A DNA stretch of 64,000 bases from Styela clava (taxonomy: Eukaryota): contig NC_135258.1 of the NCBI RefSeq assembly GCF_964204865.1, positions 15,624,001-15,688,000 of the forward strand, written 5' to 3'. The notes beneath the pieces are model-generated. The model searched no databases. It had not been told where the DNA came from and worked only from the letters and a program-made list of their open reading frames with translations. Made by a program: the position numbers and the translations under genes. Shown here piece after piece: positions 47,901-62,900 of this stretch (its first letter is position 1; the number at the start of each line of letters is the position of its first letter).

Positions 47901-50900
47901 ATTTGACACCCTATAGTCGATTGCGTCATCCCTGCTTTGAATAAAATTATTTTCATCCGTACTAATGAACATTATTTATCTGTATTAAAGAAGCACACCT
48001 TTTACGTTTTTCCAATTGCTTCATTCTAGATTCAATTCAATATGCTTTAAACTAGTCTGAATTTCTTTTTATTGCCACTGCAATAAAACTTTAATATAAA
48101 GAACATAAAAATTCAGGATAGGATATGATTTTTATATTCATTCCGGGGTAGAGGGAGACTGCAGTCTCACATCCTGTTACCAGTCCATCTCTGGTATGGG
48201 AATCGTTAACCTGTTATGCGATTCAGATGCTCGAATTTTTTTTGAAAAATCTGATATAAATCTTACATTTTACACTGGTAACGTGGTAAGGACTAAGGAG
48301 AGAATTTCTATGGTTACTGAGTCACTTCCTATATCAGAATTCTTCGGAATCCATACTTTTCTTTAATCTAATGAAATTATATAATATACTGTCATTGTGA
48401 GTAGAAAATACAAGAAATATTTATTGACATTTCAGGCTGAACATCCCAACATCAATGTAGCATTGATATGTGCTTCTCTTCATATTGCTGATTCGAGATT
48501 CACAGAAAAATTCCGGAACTACACTCATTCATTAGAAAGGTGAGAGATAGAACAATTTTTTTTAGACACCAAGTGTTTTTATATGTCTTGTTGCTCAATT
48601 CTTGTTGTCGTTAGGAATTTCTTTTTTCCGATCGGTTCTAAGTTTCTAGTACTACTTGATTGGATGAAGTTTCTAGAATGCTATTATTTTTGCTTCAAAT
48701 TTTATTCCACCCCTAATTTTGCTAGATTTCGTAATTCATTCACACCTGTGCATTTTGTACAATTCTTATAACATATGACTTGAATTTCGCTGAGATTACT
48801 ACCATGGCCATGTTGGTCTTTTAACATTTGTGTCCATTTATTTGACCAGTGGTCATTCAACCATCGTGTCCATATTTTTGACCATTGCCCTTGTTTTAAA
48901 ATCAATTAACAACAAAATTATATATTCATTTATTTTTTTAAATTTTACAGAGGTCAAGTTCTACCGATCATAGGACTCGAAATGTCGACGACGATCGAAC
49001 TCATTCACGATTCTGTAAAATATGTTCTGTATGTCACTAGAATATCAAGAAATGGTTTCTATATTGAATGTAACAACTCTTCCATGGAAGTCGACGTCCA
49101 CAAGTGAGATTATTATAAGTTTTCTTTACTGTTCAATTTTCATAAATCATTCAAGATTCATTATTGGCGTAGTGTTCATACCCCTTGTTACATGGGAGAA
49201 ATAAAATTTCGGATAGCAAAATTATGAAATTTGATTACATTAGATATTGTATGAAACTTTATTTCCACCCACAAAGTGTATGTATTTGTTATCTCCCTTC
49301 TTTCCTTTAAAATCCGGAAATCTGTCTTATCCTATCCTGATTTTAATATTTTGAAATTTTTTCTCTGTTTGTTTTAGTTTGTGTGATGGAGGTTTGTTAC
49401 TCTCTCTCGCTGGGATAACAAGAACTACATACATGAAAGAAGAAATTGAAAGGTTTGTTTAGTTTTTTATCCATTTTTTGCATCGGTTTCTGGTAGCTCA
49501 ATGTAAGACATAAGTCAGAAACCATATTGGAAAAGTGTGCACCTGACTGACCTGAGCTTTCGTTGATCTACTGAATGTTACTTATGGTAGGTACAGTTAC
49601 AGTATTGTTTTTCGATTTCAGAAAAAACACATGGAAAAGGGGATACTAAGTTGTCTCTTGCCCCAGTTTATATATGGGTCAAATCATTGTCCATTTGGAC
49701 GTAATTGTTTTCATTTTGTTCTGTAGCGAAACCAATGTTTCATTTTTCTTTTTCATTTAGATATCGGGTTACCATTAACAATCAAACATTTGAATTCAAC
49801 AAGGAAAATGATCCAACTATACTGAGATCTCCTTCTGCTGGAAAACTTATTCGTTTTACTGTGGAGGATGGTGCTCATTTACATCAAGGTAAAATTAGCA
49901 CATTAATGATATTTTGTATTTTTTGTGTTATTTCTCAAAACTATTAACACATTCCTCACATTGTTTCTTACAAATTTCAATACTGGAGTTTTGAACTATT
50001 TTCCGGAATCAAAAATTTTCACATTTTGCAACTTGACTTCCATGAGATTTAACAAGCAATATTATCACAATGCTATCGAAAAATTTGTTTCTGTGGTATT
50101 AAATTACCCCTGAAATATATTTAGCATATATGATTTCAATTTTGATGATTGTTAAACAAATACTGATATTTTAGTATATGAAATAATGTTGATAATGAAC
50201 TACTCTCATGATGACGCATACGAGTGAACTCTTCACAGCCTAACGATTCGAATATCAACTCCTATATCTATTCCATTTTTATTTGTTGTCAGGTGAAACA
50301 TATGGGGAAATTGAGGTAATGAAGATGGTGATGTCACTCACTGCTCCAGCTAGTGGTTGCATAAAATATGTCAAACGACCTGGATCTGTTCTAGAGTGTG
50401 GTATGATTGTGGCTAGGTGAGATTTCCATTGATTTATTAATATTTTTGAAGTAGTCAATTGCAATGATTTCTTGAATGACAAAATGTATTGATTGTCTCT
50501 GAAAGTTGATTTAGGAGGTTGTTGTCTAGTAGTTGCTTTTCTAATATGATTGGAATTTTGCGTAGAATCATTGGTTCGAAACTTTTGGGGGATAATTATA
50601 CAAGGAGATTTGCTGGACTCATAGTATGTCGCATAGTTATGTAGCTAATAGTCAGTTACAGCTTCCTTGAACTAACTGTTAACTATTCCCATACTTGGGA
50701 CTGGTAACAGAATAAGATTATATGGTTCGCCAAATGGTTAAGCCATCTTGTTATCCTTCTTCTCCCTGTTTAAAACCTTACCTTATCTCCATTTTAATGA
50801 ATTTAAAACACCTTCAGATGTATCGTAATAGAATTTTACACGATTTGATATGTCAGCTATTTGGCTTCTTTCTTTTTTCTATTATACTGTATTAGCGGTA

Positions 50901-53900
50901 TTTCAAACCTTTTCAGAAATTGAAGCAATGGTTTTTTATTATTTCAGATTGGAACCTGATGACATATCTTGTATACCAAGAGCAAGTTTATTCAAAGGAG
51001 ATTTGAATGATTTGTTGACTGATAATGAGGTGGAGAATGAAAAACCACACAAGGTATAGTAATTTAAACGACTTTTTGCTGAGAATTACCTGAAATAAAG
51101 ATCAAGATAGGATTCAATCTCATTTATACTATTTTTTTTTTGATAAATTGGTTTGGTGCGTGAAAATGTTGGGTAGAGTCCTTTAATGTCAAGTCATGTG
51201 TCGTCCAAGTCTTCAATCGAGTTTGAGTCTAAAGTCTAGTGGAATCACTAAGCTTGTCTCACTGGCCGATAGTTAGGTAGTTGGCAGTTAGTTGAGTAGT
51301 TGGCCGTAGGTGAATAGTTGGCCGTTAGTTGAGTAGTCGGCTGTAGTTGAGTAGTTGGCCGTTAGTTGGTTAGTCTTACTGGCCGTTAGTTGAGTACAAA
51401 TTATTTGATTCAGACGACTCGAGTCGCTATGAATCTTTGATGAATGGTCACTAAAGTCCATGTCGAGTCTGTACTCAGATTCCGTCGCACTGTGTGAGAG
51501 TGCATAATCATGTATAATTATGCTGAGTAAAGTTTGTAATATTAATAATGATTTGATTTCAAGAACCTTGCTTGACCTTCCTACTTAAGCAGATTTATTT
51601 CTGTCATGCTTTGTCCTTATTGTATCGGGTAATAATTTGGATATTTGTCAACTTATGCTATTTTAAAGTATAATCCAATATCTTGATCATTCTTTCTTTT
51701 TTGTTTTCAAAGGTTTACGAGACTGCTTACAAAAGTTTGATGAACATAATGAAAGGATATTGTCATCCGAATAAAGCATTTCATAAAAACATGGTCAAAT
51801 CAGTGAATATGTTGTTGATTGCATTGAAAGATCCATGCCTACCACTTATGGAATTACAGGTTAGTTTGATTTTTACAATTGGGAACATGAAATATGATAA
51901 CGGATAATTTTTTTTTTCAGAGATATATAGCTTATTGATTGAAATGTAAACATGTCCATTTTTAGACATTGTATTATTCTGCGAAATGTTGTTGTAGACA
52001 AATCAGTTTAAAATATCAGTACTTTAAAATGTAAGAAGCCGCTAAAAAACTATTTTTTATTTTTTTGAGTCCTACTGGGCCCACTATTTCGCTCCAATCA
52101 TTTAATCTTCGTTTCCATATTATATTTGAGCATTGCTCTCTTGACTCTATACATATTAATATTTTATGTTTTTCTCCCAAGGATGTTATGACAAGCCTTG
52201 CAGGACGCTTGCCAGCTGGTGTAGAACATGCTATACGCCGAGAAATGACCTCTTACGCATCAAATATTACTTCGATGCTGTCACAATTTCCTGGCGGCAG
52301 AATTAGGAGAGCTGTGGATCAACATGCAGCGAGGTTACCCAAGAAATCAGACCAAGATGTGTTCTTTGTTAACACTCAACCTATTCTTCAACTTGTGCAT
52401 AAGTGAGTGTGGTACAAATTAACACGTAGGTGATAAAAGTAATGGAATTTATCATCTCAAATTTTCTAACATATTAACACAGATAAAACACTCAAAACGA
52501 AATCCATAGGTGACTGTGGTAAAATGTAATGACTATTGAAAATAAAAATGATTAGCTTCAATTTTAATTTTATGGAGCTTATATAAAAATAGTTTAATAG
52601 CAGTACGAATTTGTTTATTGAAAAACGGACATTTGTGTGATAAAACATTGACTTATTTGGTGTTTAGCCTCTTTTTTACGAATAGGGCTTCAGGCATGCA
52701 AGTCATTGCTACTACTTTTCGACCACATATCTTTGTTAATTACCATAGTAGGATATGATTTTCATATTTATCCCTGGTAGAGGGAAAGCTATTAAAGCAG
52801 TTTAAACATATGGCAAAATATGACCTCTTGTCCAGTTACTAATTCATGTTGGGTGTAGGATTAGACGGTGTACATTCCAGCAATCTTCTTGCACAACATA
52901 ACCCACACCTGCGAACTCGCACAGGATGATCTTTGGTAAAAGCTTATTCCGAACACTGGCATGATTCACCAACTCCCGAGCTATCCTACTTTTCATACCC
53001 TAAGTGAAGTGGTGACTTTTTATTTTTGCAACTCAATACTAATTCTTATTCTAAATCTATTTACTATCAATGTACAATTGATGAGATTTGATTGATGTTC
53101 GTTTTCCAAAATTCTTTTACTTATTTTTTAACTCTTTTTTACTTACAGATACCGAGAAGGTATCCATGGTCACAAGCAAGCAGTTTTGCTTTCAATACTT
53201 GAAGAATATTATAGAGTGGAAGTCAAATTTCAACAAGGACCTTTCGATAAATCCTGTATTCAAATGAGAGAAGAAAGAAAAAATGACGTCAATTCCGTTG
53301 TTTTGGATATTTTCTCATATTCTCACACTTTATTCAAGAATCAACTTGTCATTCAAATTATTGTAAGTTTTAATGTTTTTTTTTTACTGCTAGAATCGGA
53401 ACCGACTTCTGTTCATGTTTGACTATTTTTCTTTTTTGTTTCAAAATTAAAAATAAAAACATTAATATAAATACAAAGACTAAAATGATTAAGTATAATA
53501 TACACTATACTTCTATTATGAGAAGATTTTTTTTACAAGTTGTGGTCTGCAGGAATTGAAGGAAAATGCAAAATATGTCTACGAAGGAGTATATTGTTTT
53601 GACTGGTTTTCAATTTTATCCACAGTTATATGAACCATGTACTTTGGACTTTTTGCATTATGTGAATTTTGTTGCTCAAAATGATAAGCCTTTGAGTTGA
53701 ATGTTCAATGCACTTTATAATATACTTATGAATAAAAGTTCCACATTGTTTTTCCAACATAGCTTCGTGGAAACAGTTTAAATAGTGTTAAATCCAAATA
53801 ATTGAAACAATACTCTCTCAATAATCTGAAAAATCAAAAATTAAAAAATTTGGAATTTTAACAATGGTTGTGAACATGATTTCAGAGCTGTTTTTGATTT

Positions 53901-56900
53901 ATGGCCATATCAGAGATGTCCAAGCATAGATCATTTTGATGATCAATGGTTCCAATTTGGTCTGGTAAAATAATAATTCTCTTTTTCATATGCAATTTGC
54001 AGAATCATATGGCAAACAGAGATAGAAAACTTGCAAAAGAAGAAACAGCCATGTTGAAAAAGCTTGCACTGCTGAGCAAACAAGAGAATGCAAAAGTTGC
54101 ATTACGTGCAAGACAATTACTTATTGCAGCACATCAACCTCCTTATGAATTGCGACATAATCAGGTAAATAAACCCGACGATTACATTGCATAAATTTTA
54201 ATATTGTATTATTTGCATAAAGAAAATGCTGCATTATATATTGATTGGTCACTCATTGCATAACATTTGGTTACACAATAGGTATAATCCATTGAGACAA
54301 ATGAATATTTTGTTTGTTCTATTTTTGCGGCAACACATCAATTTACATCAAATTTTAGTTTGCCGCGAAATTCTAGAATACTGAAAACTGTTTGGATATG
54401 GTCATTTTAACACAGTTAAGCACGGTTCATATGTACATATTTAACTCCATGCAACTGAAACAAATAACACCTATTCTCATACCTGACATGGACTGGTAAC
54501 CTAGCATGGAATTGTGTTTTATCGATTAATTTAAGGCGTCTTGTCGACTTTTGTCTTGCCCGAGATAACCATGAAAATACATTTTAGTGTTTTTGCGAAA
54601 TAATGCCTTACATCCTTTTATAAATTGTTAACTCATAATACATATATAGATACATTTGTTTTCCTTTTTAGGTTGAATCTATCTTTCTGTCGTCCATTGA
54701 ATCACTCGGTGGTTTTTGTCCAGATAATTTACAGAATTTGATCAACTCTGAAACTACTATATTCGACGTCTTACCTGACTTCTTTTATCACAACAATCCA
54801 ATTGTCAGGATGGCAGCTCTTGAGGTGGGTACAATTTTACATGGACAATTTTTCCCGCCGCGTAATGCACCACTATAAATCTGTTTAGTTTCAATGAAGG
54901 AGTTTTTTGTTTCCAGACTCTTCTCTGAGTCAGTGTGTATGATCTTGCTTGGAGCAAATTTTTTTTAAAAATTGTAGAAATATTTGAATTAATTCCTGAA
55001 CTGAATTGTGAATTCGATTTATTTTTAAAAATTCAAAATTGAAAGTATATTTTATAAGGATAACTATTTCCATACAAACCTTATTTTGTTCCAAATTTTA
55101 TTGCCTTTTCGACAACGAATAATGATAATGTTTATGGCATAAGCTTGCCTCTTAATGTGGTAATGCTATATAAATGAATTGAACACTCCTGACTACAGCA
55201 CATACTTGTGGAGCATATGTAGAGCAGTAACTACTGTTGTTTTTCTCTTGGATGTTTATTGAGATGTTTGTTAAAGTTAAGATTGAAGTTGTTTCAAATA
55301 ACATTATTGTTTTAGGTATATGTACGACGTTCGTACATCGCATATGAATTGAACAGCGTTCAACATCATGAAATAGGAGATGACAGAGTTGTTTGTGAAT
55401 TTCAGTTCATGTTGCCGAGTACTCATCCTAACAGGTTTGCATCTTAGTTACGGCTTCCTCCACCATCAAGTCCATGCTTCCAAAAACAAATAACTAACTA
55501 ATCCCATACGTGACATGTACTGGTAACCGGACGGTAGACCATGGTTCGTCATATGATTAAGTCGTCTTATTGGCTTTCCTACACCACAGGATAAATATGT
55601 AAATCCCATCCTAGTTTGTTTTGTGTTACTTTTTCTTGTAGTGATCTCCCCTGTTTACGGAGTCTTGTCTGGACACTCTACAATCCTTTTTTTACTCTGT
55701 GCTTTTGTACAATTTCATCGATGTGATAAATATTAAATTCTGATAAGGTTATCTATAATCAATATAGGTACTTATCTTATCGTCTCGCAACCTTGTTGTA
55801 ACTAATGATATTTTTGTTATATTTGTATTTATATAATTATATTTATTGAAATTGTATTGTTTTCAGAATGTCGCAACGTGAATATCAAATAGCAAGTACT
55901 TCTTCTCTACCTAAAGTATCGAGTGTTGGAGAAGGTTTACATTCCATCGATCAAACTTATTTACCTCCTTGTCAAAGAATGGGAATCATCGCAGCTTTCA
56001 AAGATTTTGATGAATTTAAAGAGTAAGTTTTATATTGTTGTCAAAGCGACATGGATACCCAAACTGGAATAATTACTATTCTGCATACTGCGCATAGCAT
56101 ACATTTATTACTATTATTTTAAATATGGAATATTGATATTTAACAGATAAATTTAAAGTTGTAAATGTTTAGTTTAGTAATGCAAAATTGTTGTCAGATT
56201 GATTACCAATGTTATGTGCAGCGTTATAAAAAGTATGATTTTATTTTTTGTCTGACCATTTTATTCCAAATGCTTAAATATGGAAAATATTCCAAAATAC
56301 TTTCTAAAATCAAAAATTTATCAAACCAAATATATTAATTTCCAAAAGCATTTGCACATTCGATTTGTTCCTGACATTTCCTGTTAAATATTGTTCAATT
56401 ATGGTATGGTTTCAAGTTCAATATGTCTTTTTTGCTTTCAATTTTTTTTTTTTTTAAACGAAATCGTACATTGATGCATTTTAAAATGGGTATGGAATTT
56501 AGTTTCCTTTTTTATCTTCCCAGGTACTTTGTCAAAGTTCTCAGGTGCTTCAGTAATCTCAGTCCTCCAGGCTCACCATTATTTTTCGAGGCTCCCACCA
56601 CTATAAACAATAGTGCAAGTGTCGGAAGTATGTCTTCATACACAAGTCAACAAGCTGACGACAACACATCTCAACCTGACGATACAACTTCATTATGCAG
56701 TGTTGCTGAAGATCCTATCCATATCTTGAATATCGTCATAGCAACTGATAAAGGTGTTGATGACGTTATTCTGGATTCAATGTTTCAGAATTTCATGGAG
56801 AAACATAAGGTTTGTTTTGAACTTTCCGTTTTCTGTGGAAATTTTTGCCGATGTTGGTTTTAACTAAAAATTATGTCATAAAATTAGTTTTAATAAGTTA

Positions 56901-59900
56901 AAAATTTTAGGTTTTCATGAAATATGATATAGAAATAGATATTTAGGAACCTTTTGACAAAAATGATTCAACAAGTTGTAAGAAATTCAGTATTACTACA
57001 TCATAATTGGACCTGGTTTTTAAACTGGCAAACAAAATGAATTTCGGGATAAATCTGAATTTCGATAATGTCTTATTGCCCCCTCTGTTTTTTTGCCTAT
57101 TATTGTACTTTTTTGACCCATGTGGGGCGATATTGCTCTCTTTGTATTGTTATTTTGGTTTCTCTTTTCAGACTGAGCTGAACGACCATGGATTACGTCG
57201 TGTCACATTTCTCGTCCACAAACGAAAACAAATTCCAAAATATTTCACGTACAGAGCTCGTGATCAGGTGAGAATGCAATTCCATCAACATCGTCAAAAC
57301 CCTGCACAGATGCAGGTGAGGTCTTGCTTGAGCAAAAACAATGTTTGCGGTGGAGTGAAGTAGATGTAGATATGGTAGCTTTCAGATACTAAAATCATCC
57401 ATTGAATTGTTTTCTCCTAGTATGATTTAACAAATGACTTACTCATGATCATTAGTAGTCATGTGGCCCAGGTACTTTCACGTCATAGAAGAATTGTGAT
57501 TTTTAACACGGGATTCAGCCTTAAAATTCCACTCGCATTATATTTTCTTTATGGAAAATTCCACTCAGACAAAATTGAATCCTAACCAGTAACCTCCATC
57601 AAGACATATATTATATAATGTACAATCTGATTGGAACATATTAATAAGAAAATAATTTTATTTGATAAAATTTGATCTATTTTTGAAATTGAGGTTTTCA
57701 AATAATTTATGTAAATAAAATTATTTGGTCGAATAAAAATTTGATCTGAAAGCTACATCATATCTAACACATCAACAGTCTGACTAATTCAACGTGTGGA
57801 GGTGGGTTTGATCAACTAATAACTAATCACAATCACATGCATTTGAAAAATACTGTATTAGGTAAGGCCTCCTAGTTCAGTGATTCCCAAACTGTGTCCC
57901 ACGGGTCACTTACGGCCTGCGTAACGATTTAATATGGCGCTCCAAACTTTATTAAAAGTGAAATATTTTAACACTCCATGTTTTTTTTTTCTTTTGTGTT
58001 CTTGAAAGCGCCAATTGTTACGTCATTATCACAATTTAAGCATGCGTACATTCTTAACAATTATACGTCGTGGTATCGGCCCTTGCGGGCGCTCCCTTCT
58101 CCTGGCCGTGAATATACTTGAGCTTCTAGTTTTGGCTCACGGTCAATAAACTTTGGGAACCACTGTCTTGGTTGATACCATCACTTCATAACCTCGACAT
58201 CTCAATATTTATTTTTTGATTTTTGTTGACATTCTGTGTGTTGCGTCTGCTCTGTATACCTTCGTACTTTTTACTGTCATATCTTTGAAAAGAATATATT
58301 CAAAAATGTCTTTTTTCACTACCTACACTGAAGATAAAATAGGAAAATTGTAGATATTGCAGTACTATATTATTGTTCAATCAAGGCTTTCAGTATACTA
58401 GATCATTTTTTGAGTACATGCAGGGAACATATCATATTTTAGTGGCAACATTATTAATATTTTCAGAAATTCGGGTTCAAGTACTAGTTATACAATGCCA
58501 CAAGTCAACCATGTTAGAGTGTAAATTGAAAATATTTTTGTATATCTATTCCAGTTCTATGAAGACAGAATCTATCGTCATTTGGAACCAGCATTGGCAT
58601 TTCAACTTGAATTTAACAGGATGAGAAATTTTCATTTGAAAGCTTTACCTACTAACAACCATCGTATGCATCTTTATCTGGGGTCAGCAAAGGTCGAAGA
58701 GGGGGCAGAGGTCACCGATCATCGATTCTTTATCCGTGCTATCATCAGGCATTCAGATTTAGTAACAAAGGTTGGTATACTAATTGTTCGCTATCTTATA
58801 TTAATAGCTGAAAATAATGATAGATATATTTGAATTAGCAATAGAAATGACTTCTGAACATATTTAGATATCCAATAAATTTAGAATTATGTTCAACTCC
58901 ACAATTTTCTTTTTCAACATTATCTTAACGCATATGTTCTAATTTATCAGGAAGCATCATTTGAATTCCTTCACAACGAAGCTGAACGTCTTTTGTTAGA
59001 AGCGATGGATGAACTTGAGGTTGTTTTTTCTGATTATCATCATCAAAGAACTGATTGCAATCATATCTTTCTCAACTTTGTTCCGTAAGTCATTTTTTCA
59101 AGCATTGTTCGTACATGTATTTTATACTTTAATTACAATTTCACAATCAACTTTTTTTGACTTTTCCAATTATTAATTTTACTTCCATAGAAAGTTTAGT
59201 TTACCCCCTAAATGAAGTTAGATAGTGGATATGCTTAATATTGTTTCAGTTTTCCTCTGACTTTTAAGCTTACGTTCTGTGTAATAAAATGCTGCAATAC
59301 TTTATTACTATACAATACTACTGAATATGGCCTCGTATAACAATTCTCATAGTTACTAATATTTTAAATGTTTTTATGTTAACTGTTTCAAATCATTTTT
59401 ATTTAATTATTTCTTTTCTAATTGAATTAAATTTTTTTCTTTTTCATATTTTATTACTTAATTATGTATTTTTACTTTTAGTGTTTTAAGACATTTTCTC
59501 TCCGAAGTGTAGAATTCTAAGATTATTTTATTATTCTCCAGTATTTTTTATCAGATATACTGATGCTATAATACACTGTATAAATAGTAATATTGCATGA
59601 CAATTTTACTCAATATATGTTCGGTTTATTTTTTAAATCAAAAAATTTCAATTATTAAAATTCATCAAAATCGTTTGTGAAAATCATCGTAGATGAATTG
59701 TTTTCATTTACTTGAAAATGCGGTGTATCTGAATAACTTTATGCTTTTAATAATATTTTTTTTGTCATCTTCCAGGCGAGTAATTATGGATCCGACAAAG
59801 ATTGAAGAAAATGTACGATCCATGGTCATGAGATATGGAAGTAGATTATGGAAATTGAGAGTTTTACAGGCTGAAATTAAAATCAACATAAGGTAAATAG

Positions 59901-62900
59901 CTTTCTACAATTTATTGATATTCACAATATAATATTGACAGTATTGCTTTCTTATCTGATTCTGCTTTACACATTACGTAAAATTTTTTGATAAAATTTT
60001 ACTATCAATATTGATAATTTTTTACCAAAGAATTTTCAAACTAAACAAAATTTCATTATGATAATAGTACAGGGTGATCAAAAAAATAGAACCCAGGTCT
60101 TTTGGAACATATTCTAAAGCAGGGGTTTCCAAATATGGCCGCGTAACGATTTAAAATGGCTCGCCGACCTCAGGTGAAATAGTGTTCAACAGATTCTGTA
60201 TGCTCTCTAGCAGTGTTCCCTCTAACATGTGCGCGCGCACACAGCTTTCAGAAGCTGCGCACAAGCATTGATTTACTGCGCACATACTTATTTCGATGTA
60301 ATGTAACAATGTTTTCGGTTGGCAGGTTGAGAAAGTTTGTTGTTGCCCCACTTATTACCTGGTTAGAACGCCAAAATTTCTTCATTGGTTTTTGCACAAA
60401 TATTAGTCATTTCCAAAAAAGTGCGCACACGCCAAAATTTCTGCGCACACATACTACAAAAAATTAGAGGGAACATTGCTCTCTAGTGTGTGTGGCATGT
60501 GTTTATTGTAACAATTCAATTAATTATATGCACCGGTATTAGTATTACATAGGGCAGTAATTCAGTTATCAATCATATAAGTAAGCTTAGAGATATCAAA
60601 ACACAAACGAAAAGTCTGTAAACAGATATTTTTTGGCAACAATGGTGAATTTACTGAACCCCAGCTAAAGAGTCGCGCACTTTTGGGGCGCTTGACTTAT
60701 CCGGCCCACGAACATCCCTCCGATTCTAATTTTGGCCTGCGACCAATAAAGTCTGGGAACCCCTGTTCTAGAGAGAACATAACTTTTGGGTTCAATCACT
60801 TTTTTTTCATCATTTTCATAATTAAGTTGTATCTAATTAGGATTTTATGGGATCTGTTTTTGGGCTCCCTGTATATTGAATTAATAATCCATGTTTCTTA
60901 ATTGAACTTCTCATGTTTTGCTATGTGAATGTTTTTTATATTTTTACATTTCTCTCTTTTGTTGTTTTGCAGAATGAATGAAGATTCTGAACCATTCCCA
61001 GTACGACTGTTTTTAACAAATGAATCAGGATATTTTCTCGATATAAGTTTGTACAGGGAAGTTACAAACCCAACTACAGGACAGGTACAATAACTGATAA
61101 TGAGATTGTATTATTGTTAATTTGTTATCTTTTCCTGATAAGGATATGCCAATTAAGATAAACTTAATTGAGATTGTTCGAGATAGGAGTTATTCGCTTG
61201 TGTACAAAATGTGAGGTATTTTTGTTGGTAGTATTTAATTTCTAGCTTGAAACAGCATAAACATTAATGAATCCATTTGTTTTTATAAGACTGCATAAAT
61301 AGAGGAAATCGTATTTTTTTACAGTATATTGAATGGAAACACCAATTATTTTTTTTGGCCATCCATAGGTTCAGCCACTTAGCTGATACATAATCTTAAT
61401 CGCTCACAATCAAAGATTTCAATTAGATGATGCCTGGAGAATACGATAGCCTCTATTCTTTCTGAAATCACAATTTGCAATATTCATAATTGAAATTATA
61501 TTGTCATAATATAAACTATTTAGTTTAAATAAAGGTTTCTTCCTATGTTTTCAAATCATAATTTCATATTTCAGACAATCTTCCAAGCTTATGGGCACAA
61601 GCCAGGTCCATTGCACGGAATGCTGACTAGTACTCCTTACTTAACGAAAGATCTTCTGCAAGCAAAAAGATTCAAAGCACAAACCATGGGGACAACTTAT
61701 GTATATGATTTCCCTGAAATGTTCAGACAAGCATTGATGGAAGTATGGAAAGAATATGCAACACAGAGTGATTGGGGAACAGCTATTCCTGATGAATTGG
61801 TATGTTGATATATAGGTTCTTGATTTTTTCACGAAAACGAACTGTGGAGAATGGAGATGATCTGTTTTTTTTTGGGGGGGGGGGGGTATTTTCATGTGTT
61901 TGAATTAAGACTTAGTTATATGAGATTAGCAAAAATATTCTGCAAGTTATTGCTGATAATATATATATTTTACAGTTTTTGTCTTTTACTATAATTTAAC
62001 AATTATACTGTCACGAATGCTTGAAGGCTACAAATATCAATAGAACATGAATTCTCTTGTATTCAAGTAATTTGCAGAATAAGAGCTGCGAAAATGACTC
62101 AATTCTTTGCATACTTAGAAATTAGAATATTTTAGCTCTGTCTTATTTATATTTTGGGTTTCATCATACTGTCATCCATATTGTGCATAATTAAAGTTTA
62201 CAATAGAGAACATATTAGGCAGTGTTTAGGTGTGGAATAACTATGGGCAAACCTAAAAAATGATTTTATTTTTATAAAATTATGTTTTTGTTTAGTTCAC
62301 TGCTGATGAACTAATCTTGGATTCTCATGGAAAACTTGTCAACATCAACAGACAACCTGGTGAAAATGAGGTAAGTTAATTGAATTCTTTGTTTTCAAAA
62401 AAAAAACTAATTGAAATGGCTGTGTTACTTTATTACCCAGAATATATATATAGACTGGTAACAAGGAATGTCTACAATCCTTTGAATGAATTGAATATTT
62501 TGAATTATTGATTTTAAAATAATTCAGAATAGTTAAAAACAGTCATTTTAAAAAATTTTAAAAGTCGTGAAAGATTAATAAGAACGCCTTCAATTTAATA
62601 TTTGAATATGTAAAACTGGTGACCAACTAAATTATTGTCCATTTTAACGTTCCTACTTTTAAATGAAAATTCATTTTGTATCCATAAATCTGTAAATTTT
62701 ACATTGAGCTTGAACTAATTTAGGGTATATTCGAGAATATTATTTTAGGATGTTCTCAGGGTAAAGGCTTGGATCATCCCTGCTTGTGTCTCTAACAATT
62801 TACCCATGCATGGAAATAAGCATAACAGTCTTTGTAAAATTGTTTCACCATATTTATTCTTTTGTTTTAGATTGGTATGGTAGCATGGAAGTTCACTTTA

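Noticed and set aside
50143-50166. TGATGA...CTGA (C/D-box-like) in an ACC intron
   Set aside because: Boxes are too close together, with no terminal stem or recognisable rRNA antisense element; not called as a snoRNA.
51260-51397. Regularly spaced repeats superficially resembling a CRISPR array
   Set aside because: Units are head-to-tail with no unique spacers, there are no cas genes and the context is a eukaryotic intron; it is a minisatellite.
61865-61887. T-run followed by a long G homopolymer
   Set aside because: A single simple run in an intron with possibly unreliable length; no further structure to support a function.
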